This document shows, piece by piece, positions 36,494 to 45,599 of a DNA stretch of 64,000 bases. How positions within the stretch are numbered: the first letter of the stretch is position 1; each line of letters opens with the position of its first letter. The translations under genes and the position numbers were made by a program. The notes below the pieces were generated by a model. That model was given only the letters and a program-made list of their open reading frames with translations, was not told the origin of the DNA and ran no database searches. The DNA is from Candidatus Saccharimonadota bacterium (GTDB lineage: Bacteria; Patescibacteriota; Saccharimonadia; Saccharimonadales; Saccharimonadaceae): the NCBI GenBank assembly GCA_017404515.1, contig JAFRCG010000004.1, positions 1,156 through 65,155 of the forward strand. Direction: 5' to 3'.

Positions 36494-37534
36494 TTATTGT
36501 GCTTTGAATAACCCAAGGTGTTTGCCGCCATCATAAATCATGGTAGGAATGCCCTTTGGTTTGACTTCTTGATCGATAATGGACTCGTTCTGGTGCAGCT
36601 TTTTGGTGATTTCGTCATTCTGGACTAAATTCTTGATAGCGGTAACATCATTTTCTGTCATGCCCCATTCGCGGAGCCACTGACGAAGAAGGTGAGCGGC
36701 AGCATCCGAGCTTAATTGATTATTGAAAACTTCTTGATAAATAATACCGTCCTCGTTGAATTCCGTAAAAATACGCTTGATAATTTTGGCGGAATAAGTG
36801 TCTGTGCCAGTTTGCTGATTAGATGCCAAGCTATAGCGAGCAATCAACTCGGAATTTTTGAACCTCAATTCTCCGTTAGTGTTTTTGATTGGATATAAAA
36901 CGACTTTGACCTGGTGCTTATCCAAGAAATCTTGATTTTTGAGGATGTTTTTATATGATTGCAGGCAAACTGAACAACCTGGATCAATAATAGAAAGTGC
37001 AACATTATTATCGCTATCACTACCAGTCGTAAAGGCGATGTTTAGCTGATTAGAAATTTCTTTTGCATCCCAAGTTTTTAGACGATCTGGGATGTTACTG
37101 AAAATTTCTCCCCATTCTGTAAACCAGTTGAGGTTGTCTTCATCTAGACCACAAGAGTCTGCACCTAGAGCACAATTTGAAGGCTGGGAAATGTTACAGG
37201 TGCCAAAGACCCAGAGTGAAAGCCCGGCTTTGGCGGCTTCAACGATAGACCAAATAGTAATGATGACTAGTAAAACGCTGGCGATTTCAATAGTGATACT
37301 GAGAGGTTTTACTAATTTTGGTTTTTTGATAATTACTTTTTTAAGTAAAACTGTTTTGACATCATCGGAAAAATTAGTATCACATTTTTGGAGGCGAATT
37401 TTCTTGCCAAAACAATGAAAAGATTTCTTTAGTAATTTGAGATATTTGCGGCCAAAATCTTTTTTGAAAATAGAAATAATAGCAACAAAGATCCCAACTA
37501 AAATTAAGACAATAAATGCAGCTATACAGACCAT
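36494..37534 (-). CDS. membrane-tethered DsbA-like thioredoxin-fold protein
   Basis: 346 aa with two TM helices. CxxC motif in IIDPGCSVCLQSY. Additional Cys pairs: CFGKKIRLQKC and GTCNISQPSNCALGADSCG. Confidence 0.55.
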   Translation of the reverse strand: MVCIAAFIVLILVGIFVAIISIFKKDFGRKYLKLLKKSFHCFGKKIRLQKCDTNFSDDVKTVLLKKVIIKKPKLVKPLSITIEIASVLLVIITIWSIVEAAKAGLSLWVFGTCNISQPSNCALGADSCGLDEDNLNWFTEWGEIFSNIPDRLKTWDAKEISNQLNIAFTTGSDSDNNVALSIIDPGCSVCLQSYKNILKNQDFLDKHQVKVVLYPIKNTNGELRFKNSELIARYSLASNQQTGTDTYSAKIIKRIFTEFNEDGIIYQEVFNNQLSSDAAAHLLRQWLREWGMTENDVTAIKNLVQNDEITKKLHQNESIIDQEVKPKGIPTMIYDGGKHLGLFKAQ

Positions 37535-37671
37535 ATAGATATTATAGCATATACTAGCAATCTTTACTGCGCCCGACTAAACGGTACTCGTAAAGTATTG
37601 CCAGTTTATTTACTTACAGGACGAGCCTCTTTTAAAGCTAGGATAGCCCCTAAGCAGTAGCCTAAAAGGCC

Positions 37672-38847
37672 TTATTCAATATTTTCTAAAGTGGCAATGA
37701 GTTTATCAATATCTGATTTCCTAGTATGATAGCCAAGAGAAAATCTGATTAGTGGTGGGAAATGTTTAACATGGTCTAAATAGTAATGAACACAGAAATA
37801 GCCTGTGCGCGCCATAATACCGGAATCTGCCAAAGCGGCTCCAAGTGTGTGACTATCATAGCCGAGCTCTGATTTGTCAACATAGCAAGACATAGTAGTT
37901 GCTGGAGCATCATTTACTAAATGGATTTTCTTTTTGGTAGAAAGTGCACTAAATAATCTTTTTGCATTTTCTTGAAGGAGTTGGTGGTCTTTTTTATCTA
38001 AACTGTTTAGCCAGTCAATAGCTACACCTAGGCCAATAATTTCTCCCCAAGCCTGAAGTCCAGCCTCAAATTGAGTGTATAAATGCTCTGGGTTGTCTTT
38101 GGATAAGAGGTAAGTTTCTTTGTCTACATCATCAACCATGCCACCGCCAATAAAAGTAGTGTCTATGAGCTTGGCAAAATCTTTGCTAATAATAATACCG
38201 CCAAGAGATGGAGCATACATTTTGTGCGCGGAAAAACAAATAGCATCTGGCTCTACACCGTGTAAGATTTCTACCGAATGAGCCATAGCTTGGGCAGCAT
38301 CAATAACAACAAAACCACCAGTTTTATGAACTTTTTTTACTACATCCTTGATGTTAACAAGAAGACGGCCATCAATATTAGATGCACAGTTGACTACTAA
38401 AAGAGCTCTTTCTGGAATGTCGGACAAATTGAGTGAGCCATCTAAGTTCCTGCTAATAACCTTGCGTGGAAGATGGTTTTTCTTAGCACAAGAAATGGTA
38501 GAAAGGAAAGGAGAATTGTGTTCAATATCGGAAGTAGCAATATGCTTAATACCGGCAGCTTGGATATTAATTTGGGATAGCAATAAATTTAGTCCGTAAG
38601 TAGTATTAAGTGTGAAAGAAACAAAATAGTGCCTAGGACTCTTTTTGACATATTTTAAAACTTTTTCCCTAGTTGATTCTACCTTTTCATCAGTGATAAC
38701 TCCCCAATCGTATTTGACACGCTCACCACAAGAATTGTGCTCCTTATAATAGCTATTTAATGCATCAATGACTGGCTGAGGACGAAGAGACTGACAAGCA
38801 GAGTCTAGATAAACCGAATCTTCTGATAGATATGCGAAATCTTTCAT
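37672..38847 (-). CDS. class V aminotransferase, SufS/CsdA-like cysteine desulfurase family
   Basis: SAHKMYAPSLGG contains the PLP-binding lysine. RTGYFCVHYY resembles the SufS RxGHHC active-site loop. I placed the start at the ATG at 38847, which follows AAAGGAGG. Confidence 0.7.
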   Translation of the reverse strand: MKDFAYLSEDSVYLDSACQSLRPQPVIDALNSYYKEHNSCGERVKYDWGVITDEKVESTREKVLKYVKKSPRHYFVSFTLNTTYGLNLLLSQINIQAAGIKHIATSDIEHNSPFLSTISCAKKNHLPRKVISRNLDGSLNLSDIPERALLVVNCASNIDGRLLVNIKDVVKKVHKTGGFVVIDAAQAMAHSVEILHGVEPDAICFSAHKMYAPSLGGIIISKDFAKLIDTTFIGGGMVDDVDKETYLLSKDNPEHLYTQFEAGLQAWGEIIGLGVAIDWLNSLDKKDHQLLQENAKRLFSALSTKKKIHLVNDAPATTMSCYVDKSELGYDSHTLGAALADSGIMARTGYFCVHYYLDHVKHFPPLIRFSLGYHTRKSDIDKLIATLENIE

Positions 38848-38884
38848 AAAACCTCCTTTCGGAATATTGCTATCTATTATTATA

Positions 38885-39853
38885 CTAGACTTTGAGGTTT
38901 CTGGAAGATTTTTTGTCCACAATATAAAGTGGGCGACCTTGAGTTTCGGCGTGAATATGAGAAATATAAAGTGCAGTGATGGCTTGAGAGATTAGAACTA
39001 GTCCTACTAAGAAGGTAATAAAGATAGTCATTTGGACGGCACCGTTCCAGTAAAGATGGAGAGGATCACCTAATATATATTGCTGAATAATAACAAACAT
39101 ACCAAGTAGAAAAGAGAAGATTGTAATAATAGCGCCAATATATCCAAAAATCACTAGTGGTGTAGTGGACATAGAGATGAAACTATCTACTGCTAAATGG
39201 AAAAGTTTAGAAAGATTATAAGATGGTTTACCGGCAAGTCTAGCGCCATAAGTATATTTAATGTATTCCTGTTTAAAACCAAGCCAATCAATCAAACCGC
39301 GAGTGATACGATTGTGCTCAGAAAGATGATTAAACTCGTCTACAACTATGCGATCAATAAGGCGAAAATCTGTACTACCTGGAACGGTATGGCGATTCCC
39401 CATTTTTCTAAGCGCCCAATAAAATAGCTTGGAACCAGTCTTCTGGACGAAGCCATGTTTTGTGAAATGGTCTCTAACGCCAGTAACTATCTCTGCGCCA
39501 GCTTCCCATTTTTTAATAAATTCTGGAATGAGGGATGGCGGCTGTTGGCCATCTGCATCAATAGTAATAACGGCTGTGCCACTGGCATATTTTAGACCTG
39601 CAGAAAGGGCTGCCTCTTTACCAAAGTTACGAGACAAGGAAATCAATTTAAATTTTTTGGATTTGTCCGTATATTTTTGTAAAATTGAAACAGATTTATC
39701 TGTGGAGCCGTCGTCAACAAAAATAACTTCCGTTTTATAATCTTTGATTTCGTCTAATTCTGGCAAAAGTTGCTTATCTAGAAATTCTGGTAAAACTTCT
39801 TCTTCATTATGAATCGGTATAACAATCGAAATAGTTGGATCTAAAATGCTCAT
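38885..39853 (-). CDS. GtrB/DPM1-like GT2 polyprenyl-phosphate glycosyltransferase (second copy)
   Basis: ISIVIPIHNEEE, FVDDGSTDKS, TIDADGQQP, and two C-terminal TM helices. Confidence 0.85.
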   Translation of the reverse strand: MSILDPTISIVIPIHNEEEVLPEFLDKQLLPELDEIKDYKTEVIFVDDGSTDKSVSILQKYTDKSKKFKLISLSRNFGKEAALSAGLKYASGTAVITIDADGQQPPSLIPEFIKKWEAGAEIVTGVRDHFTKHGFVQKTGSKLFYWALRKMGNRHTVPGSTDFRLIDRIVVDEFNHLSEHNRITRGLIDWLGFKQEYIKYTYGARLAGKPSYNLSKLFHLAVDSFISMSTTPLVIFGYIGAIITIFSFLLGMFVIIQQYILGDPLHLYWNGAVQMTIFITFLVGLVLISQAITALYISHIHAETQGRPLYIVDKKSSRNLKV

Positions 39854-40186
39854 TTAGGACTCCGATAACTCTATGCCTAATATTTTAGCAGATTTTCTAA
39901 GAATATCAAGTTCTTCAGGTGTAGCTACGGCCATTTTTTGGCGGAAAAGAGCTACTGTTTCTGGGTAAGTGATGTCTACTACCTCCAGAGAACGCGCAGT
40001 TCCTGGAACCTTGCGCAGAGCCCCTAAACGAGTAAGGTTCTCTACATGCTCTGCTACGGCGGACACAGATGACAAACCTAGGCCGGCACAAATATCGCGA
40101 TATGACGGTGAAAAACCGTGCTCTTCTATAAAGCTAGCAATATAATCATAAACTGCGGTCTGTTTTTTAGTTAATTTGACACTCAT
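39854..40186 (-). CDS. LexA N-terminal (winged-helix) DNA-binding domain protein lacking the S24 peptidase domain
   Basis: LTKKQTAVYDYIASFIEEHGFSPSYRDICAGLGLSSVSAVAEHVENLTRLGALRK matches the LexA DNA-binding domain pattern. The protein is only ~110 aa. I took the ATG at 40186 as the start; the track start is TTG. Confidence 0.65.
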   Translation of the reverse strand: MSVKLTKKQTAVYDYIASFIEEHGFSPSYRDICAGLGLSSVSAVAEHVENLTRLGALRKVPGTARSLEVVDITYPETVALFRQKMAVATPEELDILRKSAKILGIELSES

Positions 40187-40254
40187 TAAGATTATTATAA
40201 CATTGAACAAAATATTTGATAATATGTTGATGCTTATGATATAATAAACGAATA

Positions 40255-41883
40255 GTGGTTAGTAAAAGTGCGAGAACAATAGATGGGATGCGAGTACAAC
40301 GCGCTAGATTAGATCAGCGTACAGTTGGTTTTGATGCGTCTAAAAAACGCCCTGTGAACCCCCAAAAAACTACCGAGACCTTAGGTCTATCTAAGGATAA
40401 TATAGGAAAAGAGAACGCGCGCTTAGCAGCAAAGGAGGACTTTTTGAAACCTGTATCTACTCTTGATTTTGATTTATCTTCTAAGGAACTTCGTCCTGAT
40501 TATAGTTTGAAAAAAAGAGATAATTATGATGCCCAAAATAATAAGAAAAAAAGAGGCAAAAAGACGCCTGGCAAAAAACACCCAGTCAGGATTGCATTGA
40601 TTGTTATATTAGTAATTTTAGTTTTAGGGGTGGGAGCTTTTGCGATTTGGGGAAATGACCTTATTTCCAAGTTAACTGGCGGTAGATCCGGATTATTCGA
40701 ATTTATTGGTGCGATCTCTAGCAATGTAGAGCTCAAGACGGACGCAAATGGGAGAACTAATGTTTTAATCTATGGTACTTCTGGCTATGACATGGAGGGT
40801 ACCGAGGGTGACTATGCACATGATGGTGCAATGTTAACAGACTCTATCATGGTATTATCTCTTGATCAAAAGACGAATGATGTAGCTATGATAAATCTAC
40901 CACGCGATTTATATGTAGGAAATACTTGTACTAGCACCGGTAAAGTTAATGAGGTGTTTTGGTGTGCAAATGTGGATGGAGATGATGAGGAGGGCGGCGC
41001 AACAGCCTTAATGAACACTATAAAAAGTACTCTGGGCGTGGATATCCAGTATTGGGTGCATCTAGATTGGGCGGCATTGATTCAAGTAGTGGATGGAATT
41101 GGCGGCGTTACGGTTACTCTAGATGAAGACATCGCAGATCCTTGGACTCAAACATATATTAAGGCTGGCGAGCCTACTACCTTAAATGGTGAACGCGCCC
41201 TGGGTCTGGCTAGGGCTAGACATGGAACTTCTATGGGCGATTTTAGCCGTGGAAATAGCCAGCAAAAGATCTTAGTGGCAATTCAGAAAAAAATTATGGA
41301 AAAAGGTATAGACTTTGGCCAAGCATTAGGGCTAATAGAGGCCGTAGGGGATAATGTCAGAATGAGCTTTAATATTGATGAAATCAAAACTATACTTTCT
41401 ATTGCAAAGGATATGTCGTTAGAAAATATGCGCCAAGTAGCGTTGGTTGATTATGAAAATAATATTTACTATGTTACTACCGATGAGATGAATGGTATAT
41501 CTTATGTAGTACCAGCTGCTGGCATGAGTAATTATAGCGAAATAAAGAAATATGTTGCAAAAATGTTCTCTAGTAATCCAGCAGTAAGAGAAGGTGCTGT
41601 AATTGCAGTCCTGAATGGGTCTGGCGAGGTGGGCGTTGCCAGTGAAGAAAAAGTAAAACTGACAAACGATGGGTACGCTGTAGAAAAAATAGACGATGCC
41701 CCTGAAGGAGAATATGGAGAAAGCTATTTCTTATATCATGTCAGCGGTAAAACTCCAGGTACAGCAGAGGCTTTGGCAAATAGATATGCCACAACTGTTC
41801 GCGGTGCAGAAGAGCTGCCAGCTGGTATTAATACTACTGGCATAGATATAGTAATAATTGTTGGAAAACCTGCCGATAAATAA
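40255..41883 (+). CDS. LytR-CpsA-Psr (LCP) family glycopolymer-peptidoglycan ligase
   Basis: 542 aa. A cytoplasmic basic tail and one TM helix precede the LCP core (TDSIMVLSLD, INLPRDLYV, GGVTVTLDE, LGLARARHG) and a C-terminal LytR_C-like domain. Confidence 0.85.
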   Translation: MVSKSARTIDGMRVQRARLDQRTVGFDASKKRPVNPQKTTETLGLSKDNIGKENARLAAKEDFLKPVSTLDFDLSSKELRPDYSLKKRDNYDAQNNKKKRGKKTPGKKHPVRIALIVILVILVLGVGAFAIWGNDLISKLTGGRSGLFEFIGAISSNVELKTDANGRTNVLIYGTSGYDMEGTEGDYAHDGAMLTDSIMVLSLDQKTNDVAMINLPRDLYVGNTCTSTGKVNEVFWCANVDGDDEEGGATALMNTIKSTLGVDIQYWVHLDWAALIQVVDGIGGVTVTLDEDIADPWTQTYIKAGEPTTLNGERALGLARARHGTSMGDFSRGNSQQKILVAIQKKIMEKGIDFGQALGLIEAVGDNVRMSFNIDEIKTILSIAKDMSLENMRQVALVDYENNIYYVTTDEMNGISYVVPAAGMSNYSEIKKYVAKMFSSNPAVREGAVIAVLNGSGEVGVASEEKVKLTNDGYAVEKIDDAPEGEYGESYFLYHVSGKTPGTAEALANRYATTVRGAEELPAGINTTGIDIVIIVGKPADK

Positions 41884-41922
41884 TAGTAGCTTCAACAATA
41901 TTGTAATTCTCACGGCCTGCGT

Positions 41923-41962
41923 CAGTAAAAAGTAAAGGCCTAAAGGCCTTGACTTTTTACTG
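41923..41962. terminator. long bidirectional hairpin between convergent genes
   Basis: cagtaaaaagtaaaggcc-taaa-ggccttgactttttactg forms an 18-bp stem with one mismatch. A GC core is flanked by A- and T-tracts. Confidence 0.6.
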
Positions 41963-42008
41963 GGACTCCAGGATATTGTTCGAATTATAATATTACTGAA
42001 GCTGTAAA

Positions 42009-42485
42009 TTATTCCTCTTCGGAGATGTCAGCGGTTTTTTCGATAACTAACTGGCGCTCACGGCCTTCACCCTCAGAATGAGTAGAAATGCCATAGTAGT
42101 CTTCTGCCAACTTGTGAACGATTCTACGATCTGCTGGAGATAAATCTAAGCGCATAGGTTGACCGGTATCGCGAACGGTCTTGATCCAACCTTCAGCTTT
42201 TTCCGCGATACGATCAGCGCGTTGGCGCTTATAGTCTGCTACATCAACATTGACACGAGTAATTTCTGCGCCTTTGGCAGCTAAGGCTTGCGAAACTATA
42301 AATTGCAAAGCCCTCAAATTGTCTGCATTTCTACCAATTAGAAGTGAGTTCATAGAAGTAGATGGAACTGCTAACTGGATAACTTCGTCATCCAAAGTTG
42401 AATCTACGGCAACATTGATGCCAAAGAAACTCAGTAGATCCTCTAGATATTTGGTAGCAAATCTTACCGATTCGTCTTTATCCAT
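42009..42485 (-). CDS. jag: Jag/KhpB-like KH + R3H RNA-binding protein
   Basis: 158 aa with the R3H motif (DRRIVHKLAEDY). It lies downstream of yidC, the conserved synteny. Confidence 0.8.
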   Translation of the reverse strand: MDKDESVRFATKYLEDLLSFFGINVAVDSTLDDEVIQLAVPSTSMNSLLIGRNADNLRALQFIVSQALAAKGAEITRVNVDVADYKRQRADRIAEKAEGWIKTVRDTGQPMRLDLSPADRRIVHKLAEDYYGISTHSEGEGRERQLVIEKTADISEEE

Positions 42486-42487
42486 AT

Positions 42488-43537
42488 TTATTGTCTCCTT
42501 TTCTTATTTGATTTAGGAGATTTTTTGGTGTTGAAAGATTTTGATTTTTTGGCATCCTTGGCAGAGATGCGAGTAATTGTAGTGCCAGTTTTCTTATTTT
42601 TAATAACTTGTGCTTCTTGAATATTTTTGAGCTCTTTGAGTACGGCCTTGTCAGCGGAAACTTCCATCTCGTCTTCGGACTTATTTAAGACGATGCGCTG
42701 TTGGACTACGGTGATAGCACTAGACAAGAGATAGTAGAAGACTAGAGCGCCAGGAAGATAGAACATAATGAAGAACATCATCACCGGCATCATGAAAGAC
42801 ATCTGACGAGTAGCTAGGGCGTTGATTTCTGATTGATCTGGCTCTGAGCCATCCCCTGCTGCTGCCTCTTTCATGAGCTGACGGAAAGATTTGGACTTTT
42901 TAGATTTTCCAGATGGCATTTGTTGGCGAGAAGACCAATATTGTAGGAATGCAGCTGCAATTGCAAAGAGAAGAACACAGATTGCACTAGGAGAAACTTC
43001 ACCGCGTAGAATACTAGTAGCACTGGCGTTAAGATCGACTACGCCAAATAGTTTTGGATTAAAATTGTATCCATTAGCAGCATCTTCTAGGTATGGCTTC
43101 TGAAGCTCAGCGATTTCGGAAATACGAGGGAGAGACTGCACTGGTTCATAGGCACGCAGCATGACATTATCAGTCGGAGTAGGCATAACCATAACACGAA
43201 TAGCGGTGTAGAGCGCAATAAATATAGGTAGCTGAATTAAGATAGTAAGAAAAGAGCGGAACGGTTTGATATTGTTTCGCTTGTAGAGGTCCATCATCTG
43301 CAAAGATTCCATTTGGCGATTCCCTTTGCAGTTTTTCTTGATCTCAGCTAGCTCTGGCTGAATTTTGCGCATGAGCTTGGTCTGATAGAGTTGGCGCTTT
43401 ACAAGTGGCCACATAAGGATTTTTACTACAATGGTGAAAAGAATAATGGCTAGGCCAAAATCACCTACCAAATTGTAAATTACAAACAAGATATTAACTA
43501 TCGGACGAACAATTAAAAAATCTATTAACTCAAACAT
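42488..43537 (-). CDS. yidC: membrane protein insertase YidC
   Basis: PLVKRQLYQTKLMRKIQPELAEIKKNCKGNRQ...MMDLYKRNNIKPF, five TM helices and a basic C-terminal tail. Confidence 0.9.
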   Translation of the reverse strand: MFELIDFLIVRPIVNILFVIYNLVGDFGLAIILFTIVVKILMWPLVKRQLYQTKLMRKIQPELAEIKKNCKGNRQMESLQMMDLYKRNNIKPFRSFLTILIQLPIFIALYTAIRVMVMPTPTDNVMLRAYEPVQSLPRISEIAELQKPYLEDAANGYNFNPKLFGVVDLNASATSILRGEVSPSAICVLLFAIAAAFLQYWSSRQQMPSGKSKKSKSFRQLMKEAAAGDGSEPDQSEINALATRQMSFMMPVMMFFIMFYLPGALVFYYLLSSAITVVQQRIVLNKSEDEMEVSADKAVLKELKNIQEAQVIKNKKTGTTITRISAKDAKKSKSFNTKKSPKSNKKRRQ

Positions 43538-43544
43538 GGGTTAA

Positions 43545-43883
43545 TTATAACATACTTTGAGAAAAAAGAGAACTGATGGTGGATCTAAGCTGGCTAAAAT
43601 CCATTGACAAAATATCTTTGTTAAAAACAACAAATATATAATCACGCTTTTGAGGAAAATTGGATAGCTCTAGCCTAATTGCTTCATAGACCCGACGACG
43701 AATGCGATTACGAGCGACTGCAGTTTTTTCTACTTTTTTGGAAACTACTACGGCGCAGCGAGTATAGCCACGGGGATTATCATTGTAAATTAAAGATATT
43801 TTGGGCGTGCGAATAGTCTTGCCGTGTTTGTAAGTGTATTTAACGCCACCACGAGAATGAAACCGAAATTTTTTGGATAACAT
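43545..43883 (-). CDS. rnpA: ribonuclease P protein component
   Basis: 112 aa with VSKKVEKTAVARNRIRRRVYEAIR, the RNR motif. Confidence 0.85.
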   Translation of the reverse strand: MLSKKFRFHSRGGVKYTYKHGKTIRTPKISLIYNDNPRGYTRCAVVVSKKVEKTAVARNRIRRRVYEAIRLELSNFPQKRDYIFVVFNKDILSMDFSQLRSTISSLFSQSML

Positions 43884-43898
43884 ATATATATTATATAT

Positions 43899-45599
43899 CT
43901 ATTTTTGCAAGAGTTTGTAATATTTGTTGTGAAGAAGATTTTTGTGTGTGCCACGGCCCACTAATTTACCTTGATCAATCACTAAAATATCATCCATGCC
44001 ACGCATAATTTCTGGTTTATGAGTGACGACTAAGACAGTGTGCGTCTTTTTTAATTCGTGCAGCACGCTTGCTATTTGCTTGGTAGTGTCAGCGTCAAGT
44101 GCAGAGGTCACCTCGTCAAAAAGTAGAACTTCAGAACGAGAGAGCAAAGTCCTGGCAAGACTAAGAAGTTGCTTTTGGCCAGTAGAAAGATTTTGGCCAT
44201 CAGAAATTAGTGGAGTGTCGTATCCTTTGTCAAGACGCATAATAGCATCGTGCACGCCGGCAATTTTACAGGCTTCTATTTGATGTTTAATATCTGGATC
44301 AACTAGACTTAGGTTTTCTTTGATAGTCATATCAAAGACGAATGGCTTTTGGGTTACGATGGAAACATTGCTGGCGTAAATTTTGCGCGTATAATCATTG
44401 ATATTAACTCCATCCAAATAGATTTTGCCGCGCGTAGGCTTGTAGAGCCTAAGCAGTAAACGGAAAATAGTAGACTTGCCAGAGCCGGATTTACCAACAA
44501 TACCAGTAAGGGTATGTGGTTCGATAGTGAAGCTCACTCGACGCATTAATGGCTTTTTGTCATAAGTAAAGGATACATCTTTAAATTGAACTCGACCTTT
44601 GATATTATCAGTATTGTTTTCTCCAAATTCCATGGTGCGCGGAGGTTTGTAGTTGAGCAGTCTGTGCACACGGTTAATTGCTACTGCGCATTTGGATAGA
44701 TTATAAATAGTATCTGTGGCCGAACTATAACAATCTAGCATATTTTCGTAATAACCGATTACTAAGATAAGGGTGGCAATTCCGTATTCTCCTTTTAGAA
44801 TTAGTCCGGCAGTAATAATATAAACCAATATGCGCCCAGAACTTAAAATCGTAGAAACGGCGACATCTGCTAAATCTTGGTGTAATCTGTTTTTGCCATA
44901 GGCAATCTTCCAAAGATTTTTATCTCTTTCTAGATATTGGCCTAAATCTTCTCCCATGTTAAATGAGTGGACTTCTTTTTTGCCATCTAAAATTTGGCTA
45001 TACAATCCAGAAATACTGTCTTGATGAGATCTTTGAACAAGGGCATATTCATCACGCTTTTTCATATGGAAGACAAATATCGTCATGGAAATTAATGTTA
45101 GTCCAAGTGCCATTCCGCCAATTAGTGGATCTACAAAGACCAGGATAATCGCATTGATAAAAATACTGGCAATATTGGTAACAAAGTCAAAAAGATAATC
45201 TGGTATACGCTGGTTTTCGGTGACATCTTCAAAAGCAGTAGAGATAATTGTTGCATGCGAAATGTTTTTAGCGTAATCCTGATCTAGGGTTACTACTTTC
45301 TCTAAAATTTTGCGCTGCAGGGCGTCATGAATATAACAGGCGTTTTGTGCATAGGCCCAATAATTATAGTGGTGACAAGCTACATAAACTAGGGCCGCTA
45401 TTAAAAATAGTCCAGTATAAATAAATGCTAAATTAAAATCTCCGTTCGTGGCATAACCAATAATCTCTGAAGCGATGAATGGAAGTGTCAGGAATGCCCC
45501 CTCCCTTAGGCAGGCTGAGAAAATAAGGTGGAACAATAGTTTACCATTTACAGCCTTAAAACTAAAGAAATGCTTTAGCAGCCTAAAATAATATCTCAT
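43899..45599 (-). CDS. ABC exporter, fused permease/ATPase (heterodimer partner B)
   Basis: Six-TM domain. Walker A GKSGSGKST, signature LSTGQKQLLSLAR, Walker B LLFDEVTSALD. Confidence 0.88.
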   Translation of the reverse strand: MRYYFRLLKHFFSFKAVNGKLLFHLIFSACLREGAFLTLPFIASEIIGYATNGDFNLAFIYTGLFLIAALVYVACHHYNYWAYAQNACYIHDALQRKILEKVVTLDQDYAKNISHATIISTAFEDVTENQRIPDYLFDFVTNIASIFINAIILVFVDPLIGGMALGLTLISMTIFVFHMKKRDEYALVQRSHQDSISGLYSQILDGKKEVHSFNMGEDLGQYLERDKNLWKIAYGKNRLHQDLADVAVSTILSSGRILVYIITAGLILKGEYGIATLILVIGYYENMLDCYSSATDTIYNLSKCAVAINRVHRLLNYKPPRTMEFGENNTDNIKGRVQFKDVSFTYDKKPLMRRVSFTIEPHTLTGIVGKSGSGKSTIFRLLLRLYKPTRGKIYLDGVNINDYTRKIYASNVSIVTQKPFVFDMTIKENLSLVDPDIKHQIEACKIAGVHDAIMRLDKGYDTPLISDGQNLSTGQKQLLSLARTLLSRSEVLLFDEVTSALDADTTKQIASVLHELKKTHTVLVVTHKPEIMRGMDDILVIDQGKLVGRGTHKNLLHNKYYKLLQK

